Notes under the pieces: model-generated
What the model was told of the DNA's origin: nothing
The model's input: the letters and a program-made list of their open reading frames with translations, nothing else
Database searches by the model: none
Program-made: the position numbers and the translations under genes
Part shown: positions 1 through 12,435 of the stretch, piece by piece
How the letters are laid out: each line of letters opens with the position of its first letter
Numbering within the stretch: position 1 is the stretch's first letter
Assembly (NCBI GenBank): GCA_030390025.1
Contig: CM059432.1
Location: 682,001-746,000 of the forward strand
Direction of reading: 5' to 3'
DNA: 64,000 bases
From: Squalus acanthias
Lineage: Eukaryota

Positions 1-100
1 ATAGTACAGTACAACTTAAAGATTATTATTTGGTTCAGTACATTGACCTAACTCTGTGTATTTGTGAGGGATGGTGCTTAGAAAGTTGCATAGCATGTTT

Positions 101-141
101 TTTATTGAAATGCCGAAATAATATTTCAACACTCATTTATT
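101..141 (-). terminator. Candidate poly(A) signals of ANKRD29 (AATAAA x2)
   Basis: TTTATT on + at 101-106 and 136-141, about 450-480 nt past the stop codon in an AT-rich 3' UTR. Confidence 0.45.
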
Positions 142-585
142 AACTAATAGATTGGCTGTTGATAAAAGATTAGGTTTATGGCAGAAAAATTAACCATCAC
201 CAAGAGACATTGAGGGAAGCTTTCCTTCGTTTGCTATTTATAGCAAAAGTGTAAATGCGTTCTTTACTCTCATGTTGATAATTTCATCACCAACTGCAAA
301 TAAGAAGTCCTACCCATCAGCTCTTAATGGATCAAAAGCCAAGATCAATTAGGTTCCAGTAACAAGTTAAAATTACACACAATTGTTACTTTTAATTTAA
401 ATAAAATTAAAAAAAAAGGATGCACAATAAACCCTTTACATGGCTCAATAATTTTCATGTTACATCTTTACGACCACTCAACTGAATTGTGTCCCCAGTC
501 AGAAGCAGGTGCCTTTTTACAGTTCTCACTGTACTTTGATGTGTTTGTCAGAAGTGGGCCTTGTGCCTAGTGTGGTTCCACATCT

Positions 586-669
586 TCAGCTTTCTCCACT
601 TCTTTGTTTTGATTGAAGCTGTCTGATCAGACGATCATTCCTTGTAAGATCTGCTGGCAATTCTTCTTC
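586..669 (-). CDS. ANKRD29: ANKRD29 last coding exon (exon 10): EEELPADLTRNDRLIRQLQSKQRSGES*
   Basis: Acceptor ttatgtttcag|GAA; TGA at 588-586; resembles the recalled human C-terminus ANELPAELTKNERILRLLRSK. Confidence 0.93.
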   Translation of the reverse strand, partial: EEELPADLTRNDRLIRQLQSKQRSGES

Positions 670-1355
670 CTGAAACATAAAGTGCAAATTGAGACTTCCA
701 TTATATTTCAGTGTGGCTGATCTCCCAGGACGGGGCCAGATGTCGTGAAAGATTATACACAGAAGCCAGCACTGGTAATACATAGAAGTTACAACATGGG
801 AACAGGCCAGTCCGTGCCAGTGTTTACCCTCCACACGACCAAATAGTTCTGATCACGTGTACCCACCCTCCCACCCCCGTTCCCAAATCCCTTCAGCCCT
901 TTTTCCTTCATCCACCTGGTAAGCAGATTCTCAGAACTGGTAACACTTCAAGCAGTCGTCTACCACGTGGCATGTAGAATCATGCAGTACAGAAGGAGGC
1001 CATTTGGCCCATCATGCCTGTGCTGGCTCTTTGAAAGAACTATCCAATTAGTCTCACTCCCCTGCTCTTTCCCCATAGCCCTGCAAATTTTTTCCCTTCA
1101 AGTATATATCCAATTCGCTTTTGAAAACAAAATTAACAAAGTGCTTATTTCACAATGTGAAGCATCTCTACTGAACTATTCCTATCTATTTTAAAGTAAC
1201 CAGCAAATATAAATGTTTGACATTTTGCTGCATTAATAAGGAACTGAATTAACCGCCTCGATGAGCTTGTCTCCGAGAGCTCTGGTAGGTAACGGCACTG
1301 GTGATCGATGCCTCTCCTCCCCTTCTTCCTGCAATTCCTCCTCTTCTTGCTCCTC

Positions 1356-2286
1356 ATAGAATCATAGAAAGTTACAGCACGGAAGGAGGCCATTTCGGCC
1401 CATCGTGTCCGCGCCGGCCAACAAAGAGCTATCCAGCCTAATCCCACTTCCCAGCTTTTGGTCTGCAGCCCTGCAGGTTAGAGCATCCCAAGTGCACATC
1501 CAAGTACTTTTTAAATGTGGTTAGGGTTCCTGCCTCTACCACCCTTTCAGGCAGTGAGTTCCAGACCCCCACAACCCTCTGGGTGAAGAAATTTCCCCTC
1601 AAATCCCCTCTAAACCTTCCCCCAATTACTTTAAATCTGTGCCCCCTGGTTTTTCACCCCTTTGCTCAGGGAAATAGGTCCTTTCTATCCACTTTATCTA
1701 TGCCCCTCATAATTTTATACACCTCAATAAGGACTCCCCTCAGCCTCCTCTGTTCCAAGGAAAACAGACCCAGCCTATCCAGTCTTTCCTCATAGCTAAG
1801 ATTCTCGACTCCCGGCAACATCCTTGTAAATCTCCTCTGTACCCTCTCTAGTGCAATCACATCTTTCCTGTAATGTGACCAGATCTGCACGCAGTACTCT
1901 AGCTGAGGCCTAACTAGTGTTTTATACAGTTGAAGCATAACCCCCCTGCTCTTGTATTCTATGCCACGGCTAATAAAGGCAAGCATTCCGTATGCCTTCT
2001 TAACCACCTTATCTACCTGGCCTGCTACCTTCAGGGATCTGTGGACATGCACTCCAAGGTCCATTTGTTCCTCTACACTACTCAGTGTCCTACCATTTAA
2101 TGGGTATTCCCTTTCCTTGTTAGCCCTCCCCAAATGCATTACCTCACACTTCTCCGGATTGAATTCCATTTGCCACTGTTCTGCCCACCTGACCAATTTA
2201 TTGATATCTTCCTGCAGTCTACAGCTTCCTTCTTCAGTATCAACCACACAGCCGATTTTAGTATCATCTGCAAACTTCTTAATCAT
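1356..2286 (-). mobile_element. 5'-truncated CR1 LINE (RT C-terminus plus 3' UTR)
   Basis: ORF 1666-2286 KFADDTKIG...LYKTLVRPQLEYCVQ..ERVQRRFTRM; (TTCTATGA)n tail at 1356-1370. Confidence 0.95.
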
Positions 2287-2703
2287 ACCTCCTCCTGCAC
2301 TTGCTGCTGCCCAGGTGATGGTAAATGCTCAGGGGTGTACTGCAAAGCTCCCCGGAATGGTCCAGGCAGCGGAAGCATGATTCGATCACACCAATTGTTT
2401 GCTCGATAATGTTTCTCGTGACAGCATTGCTCTCGTTGTAGGCCTGCTGTGTGTGGGTTCCTGATGAGAATTATGAGCCATGTCTGAAGGGGATAGCCCT
2501 TGCCACCCAACAGCCATCCTGTAACTTGGCGGCCTGGTTGGAATAAAGGCAGCACAGAGGACTGGTGCAGAATGAAAGAGTCTAGACTGCTGCCAGGATA
2601 GCCGGTCCAGACCTGCGTGATGCACTGCCTATAGTCGCAAATCAGCGGTACATTGAGGAAGTGGAATTCCTTTCGCCAGGCTGGTGACAGGGGGCACACA
2701 ATG

Positions 2704-2912
2704 TGACGTAAGAAAACTACTAGGCACTTGGTCTAAGCGTTAAACAAAGCTTTAATCAACTGTTTTCCAACATGGAGATCTAGTTGTGACCTTCACTAGT
2801 TCCTGTTGAGGAATGTCCTAAGCAAGCTGGGCCCATGCCCGAGTATTTATACTCTCCCTGGACAGCGCCACCAGCAGGCCGCCCAGTATTACTTCAGACA
2901 AGATTCATGTCA
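2704..2912 (-). mobile_element. Solo LTR of the same family as the 48144-49984 element
   Basis: TG...CA ends; 5-bp TSD CAATG (2699-2703 and 2913-2917); near-identical to the LTRs at 48144 and 49756 apart from a 20-bp internal deletion. Confidence 0.95.
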
Positions 2913-3960
2913 CAATGTGTCTGCAGTCTATGGCTCCTTGCACCCAGGGAAAGCCTACCATGTGGGTGAAACATAGTGCTCTCTCATCCTGCTTCGCTTT
3001 GTCCACAGACAAGGAGATGTAGGTGTTCCTCCTGGCGTAGTCCGCCTCGACGATCTCCCTGATACATTGGTGTACTGCAAGCTGGGAGATGTCACCTGTT
3101 GCAGTCTGAAAGGAGCCCGTAGTGTAAAGGTTGAGGGCCATGGTGACCTTGACAGACACAGACCATGCTGTCCATGCTGTGGTTCGAGGCTCGAGTTGTG
3201 GCTGCAGCAGGTGACATAGCTCGGTGACAGGCTGCTTGGTGAAGCAGCTGCGTCTGAGACATTGCTCCTGAGTAAAGTTAATGTAGGAGAAGTGCTCCTT
3301 GAATACCCGCTGTGGGTATGGCCTCCTTCGCAGTGCCCTTCTCCTCCTCCTCCCTCTTGTGACAGCTGCTCCTGCTCTGTGGTGTCGGTGTCTTCCTTGC
3401 TGCTGCTCCTTATCCTCCAGCCCCTAAGGCAGCCCTATGAGACCATCCATGACTGCAACCAAACTATTTCTGAGGCAGCCAAGAACTGTGCAACGCCAGC
3501 AAAATCTTTCTCTGTTTACACAAAGTGAACTTTCCAGAGTGATTAAAACATACCAAAAAACACCCAGAAGTTAGCCTGAAATGAGAAACCAGCAACTAAC
3601 CTGTAAGTACTGCATGACCCCTTTAAATAGCACTGGTGAGGGGGTCTTCTTGCTGGTTAGCACGTAGCAAGTGAAGTGCTGGGGCGATCGAATATCTATA
3701 GCAGGTCCTGCAAGAAGCGCAGGACCCTAATTTGAATAAATGATTCCCCCTTTTAAATGTTACCAACATGCGCTCCTGATGGCAGTGTGACCACCTTCGC
3801 CAATATGGCGGGCGGCGCACTTCCAGCCGGAAATGTGTGCGTGCTTCCTGCCCCGCCATATTGGGACCTTGGTTGGCCAGTTAGTGCCCGAAAAACGAGT
3901 GCTGCACAGCTGAATTTCTCGGCCCTGGGCTTTACAAACATCAGGAAATAGAAGGCATAC

Positions 3961-4059
3961 CGTATTCCTTAGACTTGGATCTGCTCCAAAATCAATGAGA
4001 AGGGCCACTATTCTCGCACTGCCTCCTAAAACTGCAGCATGGAGAGCTGTTGTTCCATT
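3961..4059 (-). CDS. ANKRD29: ANKRD29 exon 9: NGTTALHAAVLGGSARIVALLIDFGADPSLRNT
   Basis: 99 nt, actaacag|...|gtatgc, ankyrin consensus. Confidence 0.95.
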
Positions 4060-4956
4060 CTGTTAGTGCAAACAAAAAGTGATTAATCGTCTCTCCATTG
4101 TTCAAGACACCTGCACTGCACCAATTAAATTATATATGACCTAATGCACCATAGCGATGTACATTTTAACTGCCCACCTGTTTCAGATAGGGTTAAAATC
4201 ACCACCAATGCTGCAAAGCAGTAGCTTGTTACCTGGTTGTCTTCTTGACTGGGGAAGTGGGGCATAGCACACAGGAAGGAGTTCAAAGAAGGGGGAAAAT
4301 TACTTAGAAATAAATTTTAAATGGGATTAAAGTAAAATTAAAAAGTTGAAAATAAAACAAAACATTCAGTACATCTGCTTATTTTATAGGATGCCAATCT
4401 AAAAGGAGTCATTTACAAGCCCATATTATCAGCCGAAACCTCATCCCACTGCCAGTTCAAATGAGAAAGTCAGGCACATGCTGCCCACAATTTTCCAACC
4501 ATTAATAGTTTTACAATTGCCCCTTCAGGGCCAAAAGCAGCTGGAGATGGTTCTGGGTTCACTAATCCTCTTTTTATGTTACATGGCTGCTTTTGATGGT
4601 GTTGTTAGATTAAACCAAGCATCAGAGGAAAAGGTATAAAAATACCTTCCTTGGAAACTAGATTCCCTGGGGCTTCCAACAGCACAAAGCAGCAGGCAGC
4701 AAAAGCAAATGGCTGCCCCTGGCAGCACAAACATTGGATCTACCACCTTGATTCCCCCCATCCAGACCACTCATGCAGCTTTGCCGTCTCCACATGGAGG
4801 AAAATTCCGCACCAGAAATGACTACGTTGAGAATGGTAGTGTCGTTACATTACAACAGTGACTACGCTTCAAAAAGTACTTCATTAGCTGTAAACCGCTT
4901 TGGGACATCCGGTGGTGGTGAAAGGCGCAATATAAATGCAAGTCTTTCTTTCTTTC

Positions 4957-5348
4957 GTGGTTATGTTACTGGACCTGTAATCCAGTGAACGTGAGTTCAA
5001 ATCCCACCATGGCAGTTTGAGAACTCAAATTGAATTTTTATAAAAACTGGTATCAGTAAAAGTGCCCATGAAGCTGTCAGATTGTCACAAAAACCCAACT
5101 GGTTCACTAATGTCCTTTAGGGAAGGAAACCTGCCGGCCTTACCCAGTCTGACCTGTATGTGACTCCAGTCCCACACCAGCATGGCTGACTCTTAACTGC
5201 CCTTTGAAGTGGCCTAGTAAGCCACTCAGTTGTATCAAAACCTCTACTCTGCACCAGTTCAAGAAGGCGGCTCGCCACTGCTTTCTCAGGGCAATAAATG
5301 CCGGCCTTGCCACCGTCACCCACATCCCAACAATGAATGGGAAAAAAA
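4957..5348 (+). mobile_element. tRNA-derived SINE with a 3' tail shared with the family-B LINE
   Basis: B-box GAGTTCAAATCC near 4993; body matches 31378-31622; tail ttcaagaaggcggctc...ggcaataaatgccggccttgcc matches the LINE 3' ends at 8325-8420 and 16370-16470. A Deu-SINE tail precedes it at about 4845-4955. Confidence 0.75.
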
Positions 5349-5627
5349 ATCGGTGAATCAATTCTGAAAATAGATTTTCATATAGTGCAGTTCATAGTAA
5401 CTCTGGTAAAGTTCTCCAAAAAGAATTGGAACATTTCACGATTCAATGGGGAGTAAAGGAGATGGATTTGGGAAAGGAAAATAGTTAGATTGGGTGAAGG
5501 AACACCTGGATAACAAAGCGAATTGAATAAACTAAATGGCCATTTCTAATTCCTAAATTGTTATCTTATGTACTAGATGGGACTGTTTTTCACACGAACA
5601 TTGCTATAATAATAATTGAGTTTTTAC

Positions 5628-5723
5628 CTTGAGAATTCCCAGTGAAGGAGAAAACGTCAGTAGCTCCAGAACAACTTCAGTAAAGCCTTTGTATGCAGCT
5701 TTGAATAAAGGTGTTGAGCCATC
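5628..5723 (-). CDS. ANKRD29: ANKRD29 exon 8: DGSTPLFKAAYKGFTEVVLELLTFSPSLGILK
   Basis: 96 nt, ccaaag|...|gtaaaa; resembles recalled human DGTTALLKAANKGYNDVIKELLKFSPTLGILK. Confidence 0.95.
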
Positions 5724-6632
5724 CTTTGGAAAGAATAATAATTATGAATTAACATGGGAATTCTGGTTTGTTAACTTATGAATGCTTTTTATAATCAGAA
5801 ATGTTCATTTTATGCATTGCTATTAAACAGACAGTTCAAGTTGTAATTCTTTTATATATGCACGTTAAACAAATTTTTTTTTTTACATTCTTCAAATTTA
5901 TGACATTCAAATGATAAATATTTTTCATGCAGTCTCATAAATTTGATAGTGATTTTTTATTGATTACTGCATATCCAAATATAATTAAGTTAACTTCAGT
6001 ATAGATGCAATCCTGTAATATGATGGTGATGGATTGTGTATATCGATGATGACAGTCTATGATTCTCGAATTAATACAGGCTGTGGGTTCTCATATAATT
6101 GTAAAGTCCAGTTTTTGGCTAGGAATGTTCTCCCACACACAGGACATTGGATGCCAGATTGACCGTATGGCTGAGTTTTCCTTGATTTTCTTTGAGCACT
6201 CTTTGGTGAGCTGGATACGACTTGTTTCAAACTTTGACGTGCCATCGTGAATCATTTTTTGCCACATTTTCCTATTACAAGCATCGTGCTCCCATGTATC
6301 AGTTGAAATGCCACGTTAATTTTAGATTGGTCATTAGGCAATCCTTATATCTTTTGAACTGACCACCACAAAAGGGTTTACCAAGCTTCTTGGGTAATCT
6401 AGTATCAGGCATACGGAATAAGTGACATAGGAACAGGAGTCAGCCATTCAGCCCCTCGAGCCTGTTCCGCCATTTAGTTAGATGATGGCTGAACTGTATC
6501 TTAACACCATCTACCTGCCTTGCTTCCGTAACTCTTAATACCTTTGCCTAACAAAACTCTGTCAATCTCAGTTTTTAAATTATAAATTGACCCCCAGCTT
6601 CAACAGCTTTTTGGGGGAGAGAATCCCAGATT

Positions 6633-6952
6633 TACAACAACAACTTGTATTTATATAGCGCCTTTAACGTAGTAAAATGTCCCAAGATGCTTTACAGGAG
6701 TATTATAAGACAAATAATTTGACACCAAGGAGAAATTAGGGCAGCTAGGTCAAAGAGGTTTTAAGGAGCGTCTTAAAGTAGGAAAGAGAGGCGGAGAGGT
6801 TTAGGCAGGGAATTCCAGAGCTTAGGGCCTAGGCAACAGAAGGCACGACCACCAATGGTTGAGCAATTATAATCAGGGATACTCAAGAGGGCAGAATTAG
6901 AGGAGCGCAGATATCTCGGGGTGTTGTGGGGCTGGAGGAGATTACAGAGATA
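6633..6952 (-). mobile_element. L2 LINE 3' end inserted into a CR1 3' end (about 6425-6632 and 6953-7095)
   Basis: YLCNLLQP..LRSS..GGRAFCCLGPKLWNSLP with a (TTG)n tail; CR1 3' sequence resumes on both sides. Confidence 0.8.
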
Positions 6953-7383
6953 CACTACCCTTTATGTGAAGAAGTGCTTCCTGACATCACCCCTGAATGG
7001 CCTAGTTTTAATTTTAAGGTTATACCCCTTGTTCTAGACTCCCCCCCACCAGAGGAAATAGTTTCTCTCTATCCACCCTAGCAAATCCTTTAACCAGCCC
7101 ACCTTAGCTGTGTCATTGTATCTACACCTGGCATATTTGCTCTTCTGAGGACTTCAGTGTCAGATTCTTATGCCACCATCAATTTTTCATGATCTTTTTG
7201 AGGCAACCTGGATGGAAGTGAATGAGTTTTCTGATGTGGCGACTGTAAGTGGTCCAGTTATCGCACACATACAGTAAGGATGTTATATCTATTGCCTTGT
7301 AGATCTTAAGTTTTGTGGTCAGTTTTATGACACTTTTATCCCATAACCTCACAGAGTCTTCCAAAAGCACTACTGGCTTTAAA

Positions 7384-8428
7384 CAATGGTTGTGGTGGTT
7401 GAAGGTCAATCATCACAGCACCAGGACATCGCTGCAGGGGTTCCTCAGGCAAGTGTCCTAGGCCCAACCATCTTCAGCTGCTTCATCATTGATCTTCCCT
7501 CCAACATAAGGTCAGAAATGGGGATGTTCGCTGATGACTGCACAGTGTTCAGCGCCATTCGCAACTTCTCAGATAATGAAGCAGTCCATGCCCACATGCA
7601 ACAAGTCCTGGATGATGTTCAGGCTTGGACTGATAAGTGGCAGGTAACATTCGCACCACAGAAGTGCCAGGCAATGACTATCTCCAACAAGCGAGTGTCT
7701 AACCACCTCCCCTTGACATTCAATGGCATTACCATCGCCGAATCCCCCGCCATCAACATCCTGGGGGTCATCATTGACCAGAAACTTAACTGGACCAGCC
7801 ACATAAATACTGTGGCAACAAGAGCAGGTCAGAGGCTCGGTATTCTGCGGCGAGTGTCTCACCTCCTGACTCCCCAAAGCCTTTCCACCATCTACAGGGC
7901 ACAAGTAAAGAGTGTGATGGAATACTCTCCACTTGCCTGGATGAGTGCAGCTCCAACAACACTCAAGAAGCTCGACACCATCCAGGACAAAGCAGCCCGT
8001 TTGATTGGCACCTCATCCACCACAAACATTCACTCCCTCCACCACCGGCGTACTGTGGCTGCAGTGTGTACCATCTACAAGATGCACTGCAGCAACTCGC
8101 CAAGGCTTCTTCGGCAGCACCTCCGAAACCCGCGACCTCTACCATCTAGAAGGACAAGTGCAGCAGGTGCATGGGAACACCACCACCTCCAAGTTCCCCT
8201 CCAAGTCACACCATCCTGACTTAAAAGTATATCGGCGATCCTTCATCGTCGCTGGGTCAAAATCCTGGAACTCCCTCCCTAACAGCACTGTGGGAGTACC
8301 TTCACCACACGGACTGCAGCGGTTCAAGAAGGCGGCTCACCACCACCTTCTCAAGAGCAATTAGGGATGGGCAATAAATGCTGGCCTTGCCAGCGATGCC
8401 CAGATCCCATAAGCAAATAAAACAAAAA
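7384..8428 (+). mobile_element. CR1-superfamily LINE ('family B'), 3' part
   Basis: ORF 7386-8219 GVPQASVLGPTIFSCFI..MFADD..; A-rich tail at about 8415-8428. Confidence 0.9.
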
Positions 8429-10234
8429 TCTATGGTTCACTTCATCATCTAGGAGCACATCACGTGACATGGTGCTTCCTAGGTAGGTGAAGATATCCAT
8501 TGCAGACAGTGTGTGCCCTTCGATGGTGATATTGGGTGGCACATAAGGCTTTCCAAGGGCAGACTGTAATATAGAACAGTACAGCACAGTACAGGCCCTT
8601 CGGCCCTTGATGTTGTGCCGAGCATTGTCCGAGACCAAGATCAAGCTATCACACTCCCTATCACTCTGGTGTGCTCCATGTGCTTATCCAATAACCGCTT
8701 GAAAGTTCCTAAAGTGTCCGACTCCACTATCACAGCAGGCAGTCCATTCTAACTAACTAACATAATCTAACTTACGTCTTCTTCAGATTAATAGTGAGGC
8801 CAAATTTCATACAAGCATCTGAGAAATGGGCTATGATGGCTTCGAGGTCCTCTTCTGTGTGGGCAACAATGGCACAGTCAGCAGCAAACAAGAGCTCCCA
8901 AACAAGTTCTTCAGAGGTTTTAGTTTTGGACTGCAGATGGCGAGATTGTACAATTTTTCATCCGTTCTGAAGGAAATGTACTCTCCTTTACCCAAGTTCT
9001 CAGGTTTAAGTAAGTATAGAAGCAAAGAAGGTACTAAACAAGATGAGAGCTAGAACACAATCCTGTTTGACTCCATTGGAGACAGGAAGGGGTTGAAAAC
9101 TTAACCATCTTCTATCACTCTGGACATCATGGAACTGGTGGATCATCTGGATAAACTTTTCGGGACAGCCAACTTTGGCCAGTAGTTTGCAGAGGCCATC
9201 TCTACTGACTGTATCAAAGGCCTTTGTGAGATCAATAAAGACACAGTGAAGGTCCAAATTTTGTTCTCAACACTTTTCCTGTCTGGTAGTAAAGACCTTA
9301 TCAGTAGTACCTCTGACTTTTCTGAATTCACTCTGGCTATCTGGCAAGATTATCTCAGCTGCATGCTCAATGCAACGATTTAAGATAGTTCCTAGCAAGG
9401 ATTTTCATTGTGGTGACAAGTAGGGAAATTTCTCTACGATTGTCACACACGTATCTACTGCCCATGTGTTTGAAAATATGGATAATGGATGCATCGCTAT
9501 GCTCTTGCAGGATGATTTCTTGTTGCCACATCAGCTGGAGGAGCTCAGTCAGAAAAAGCTAGTTGGTAACCTCCAGCTTTATATATCTCAGCAGGTATAG
9601 CATCGGAACCTTGTGTCTTGTCACTGTAATAATATATTATACTACAGATAAACTTTTGTTACGTTTGGGGCATATACACCCTTATTTTAGGATCGCCAAC
9701 TGTGGTTGGACATATTCCTGGAAGTTTCATCACAAGGCCTCCCACTTCCAATCACCCCAGCCAGTCAAACTGCCTTTTTTCCCCGTCTCGAATATTTTTA
9801 TAACTAATAAACAAAAGTGTTCAAAGAAAATGAAAAGAAAGCACACAATTATTTTTAATGCCCCCTAAGATTTTTCTCCCAGGTGTTGCTCGCAGCAGTG
9901 TCCAGGAGATTAATCTTTAAATCCTGGAGGGTTGGCAACTCTACCTTATTTAGATTTTGAACCAAAGGTCAAACTTTGCTTTGCAAGGACATCCAGTTGC
10001 AGCATGTGACCACTCAGAAGGATTCTGGCACCGCTATCCAACCCAACGTGAGAAGATTAACTAAGGAGGGGAAATTGGAAATGTAAAACTGAAAAAAGTA
10101 AAGTTTGCAATGAAATTACATTGTTCACTGCTCCAGCCAGTCCCATTTTACATAATTAACAATATGTTTTCCACTGAATTGCTTTGAAATACGTGCAAAC
10201 ATACATTTCTTTCTTTCACAAAGGGAGATCTGAC

Positions 10235-10333
10235 CTTGCGAGGAGTATCTGAATTAGCTCCACGTTGGAGCAGTAGCTTAACAATATCACTGTGACCCAT
10301 CTGTGCCGCTATCCACAATGGAGTAGTCAGATC
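10235..10333 (-). CDS. ANKRD29: ANKRD29 exon 7: DLTTPLWIAAQMGHSDIVKLLLQRGANSDTPRK
   Basis: 99 nt, ttttgtttag|...|gtcaga; resembles recalled human DGTAPLWIASQMGHSEVV. Confidence 0.95.
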
Positions 10334-10349
10334 CTAAACAAAAAAAAAT

Positions 10350-10765
10350 AAGGAGATTTTAGGACAGGAAGAGGTAGGTTTTAAGGAGTGTCTTAAGGGA
10401 GAAGAGAGAGGCGGAGAGGTTTAGGGAGGGAATTCCAGAGATTAGGGCCTAGACGGCTGAAGGGAATTGGGGATGCACAAGAGGTCAGAATTGGAGGAAC
10501 GCCGAGTTCTCGGAGGATTATAGGGCTGGAGGACGTTACAGAGATAGGGAGGGCGAGGCCATGGAGGGATTTGAATACAAGGATGAGATTTTAAATTTGT
10601 GGCGTTGCTGGACGGGGAGCCAATGTAGATCAGCGAAAACAGGGTGATGGCTGATGGGCCTTGGTGCGAGTTAGGATACAATCAGCAGAGTTTTGGATAA
10701 GCTCAAGTTTACTGAGGGTGGAAGAGCTGACCATGAGAGTATTGGAATGGTCTAGTCTGGAGGTT
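10350..10765 (-). mobile_element. L2 LINE 3' fragment
   Basis: TSRLDHSN..KLELIQNSA, PYLCNVLQPYNPPR..RSS; homologous to 42850-43290. Confidence 0.75.
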
Positions 10766-11726
10766 CCCAGACATGTAACAATGTTTTGTTGGGAGAGATC
10801 ATGAGCTAAATTGTAACCCCAGTGGGCTTTGGGTGGGCAGGTGGTGGGGCAAGTGCAAAACGTATTCATAATCTTAGGTTTGAGGCCTGGGTTATTTTAA
10901 CTTCTGGGCGTCACCTGCATCGTGCCAGTTAGTTGCCCACTCCAAAATGGTGGGAAAACGGCAGCCAGCCAGAGACAAGTTTGGGTGACCGGAGCGCGTT
11001 GGCCAGCACCAAACATAGGCTTGCCGGAAAGCAGGGAATTCACAGGGAGTGGGTTTTGGGAGGTCTCACGGGGGAGAGTCCGGGGCAGGGGGCACACTCA
11101 CTCCTGCTCCTCCTGGCCCCACAAGGTAAAGATTGACACTTACCTTGGAGGGGCCTCTTTGTACTTTGTACTCCTCACAGTGGCTTCCCCACTCGGGCTC
11201 GGGTTAAAATGCAATTGGGGTCCGATTGATGTCATGACATGAGACCCTATTTGCATTAATTCAGTGAGTTTTAATAGAGTAAATTAAGAAAACCTGTTTC
11301 CACCGGCAGGTGGGTCGGTAACCAGAGAAGCCATATTTAAGGTGATTGGCAAAAGAATCAGAGGCGACAGGAGGAGAATTGTTTTACGCAGCGAGTTGTT
11401 GTGATCTGGAATGCACTGCCTGAAAGGGTGGTGGAAGCAGATTCAATAGTAACATTCAAAAAGGGATTGAATACTTGATAAAAATTTGCAGGGCTCTGGG
11501 GCAAGGGCAGGGGGAGTGGAACTAATTGGATAGTTCTTTCAAAGAGCCAATACAGGCATGATGGGCCAAATGTGTGGTGCTTCAATTGATCAATGTTGAA
11601 TTTTTGTCCCCTTTGACTTTCAATACAGAGTTAAATTCAAGGTAACGATACAATGAACCAGTCAGGTTGTATGAGTTAAAATTAATTAATTCACATATTT
11701 CTTCAATTATAAAGCAGAATATATAC

Positions 11727-11825
11727 CTGTCTTGGCTGGTCAATCTTTGCCCCTGATGACAGTAGCAGGTCAACCACATTAAGATGGCCTCCTTGTGCCG
11801 CCAGAAAAAGTGAAGTAGCACCATC
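11727..11825 (-). CDS. ANKRD29: ANKRD29 exon 6: DGATSLFLAAQGGHLNVVDLLLSSGAKIDQPRQ
   Basis: 99 nt, gtttcag|...|gtatat; resembles recalled human DGATALFLAAQGGYLDV. Confidence 0.95.
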
Positions 11826-12094
11826 CTGAAACAAGGAAAGGAATAGAGTCTCTATCGCAATGTTCTTCAGTTGTTCAGTGAAATAGTTTAAGACTAGTTG
11901 CTTTGGAAAGTAAGAGAGTTAAGTTCCTGTCCACAAATTTGAACAAAAAGTAGTAACGTGTTAAAAAAGTAGAATTTCATCAGTTTGTATTCATGACTAA
12001 TTTTTTGATAAAATTAGTAAAGGCAGGAATTTCACCATCAACATTTTCTGTAGTGACCAATGAACATCACTCTCAATACTAAATTAGTGCAAGG

Positions 12095-12435
12095 TAACAA
12101 CAACAACTTGCATTTATATAGCACCTTTAACATAGTAAAACGCCCCAAGGCGCTTCACAGGAGCGTAATCAGACAAAATTTGACACCGAGCCACATAAAG
12201 CTATTAGGACAGGTGACCAAAAGCTTGGTCAAAGCAGTAGGTTTTAAGAAGCGTCTTAAAGGAGGAGGGAGAGGCGGAGATCTTCAGGGAGGGAATTTCA
12301 CAGCTTAGGGTCTAGACAGCTGAAGGCATGGCCACCAATGGTGGAGCGAATGAATTCAGGGATGCTCAAGAGGACAGAATTGGAGGAGCACAGAGTTCTT
12401 GGAGGGGCTTTACAATTGGAGCAGGTTACAGAGAT
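12095..12435 (-). mobile_element. L2 LINE 3' end
   Basis: (TTG)n tail and 3' UTR shared with 6633-6952 and 43200-43419. Confidence 0.75.

Larger units (their letters stand above)
1240..3926 (-). mobile_element. Decayed PIF/Harbinger DNA transposon (HARBI1-like DDE transposase), interrupted by a CR1 and a solo LTR
   Basis: ORF pieces ALNLYTTGSFQ..GD, GFPWVQGAIDCRHI, FHFLNVPLICD..YPGSSLDSFIL, GWLLGGKGYPLQTWL; acidic C-terminal tail near 1260-1355; TIR-like end gctgaatttctcggccc at about 3910-3926. Confidence 0.85.
6050..9600 (-). mobile_element. Old RTE-clade LINE fragmented by later insertions
   Basis: DLHCVFIDLTKAFDTVSRDGL..GCPEKFIQMIHQFHD..NGVKQDCVLA (9006-9257); FTYLGSTMSRD..LDDEVNHR (about 8430-8560); TKLKIYKAI..SLLY..WTTY (7179-7380); C-terminal CPVCGRTF zinc knuckle (about 6130). 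Confidence 0.85.

Noticed and set aside
670..834. N-terminal part of the 82-aa ORF 586-834
   Set aside because: Intronic read-through; only 586-669, after the AG acceptor, matches ANKRD29
3760..3960. Extension of ORF 3760-4008 beyond ..PSLRNT
   Set aside because: It runs past the GT donor into Harbinger terminal sequence
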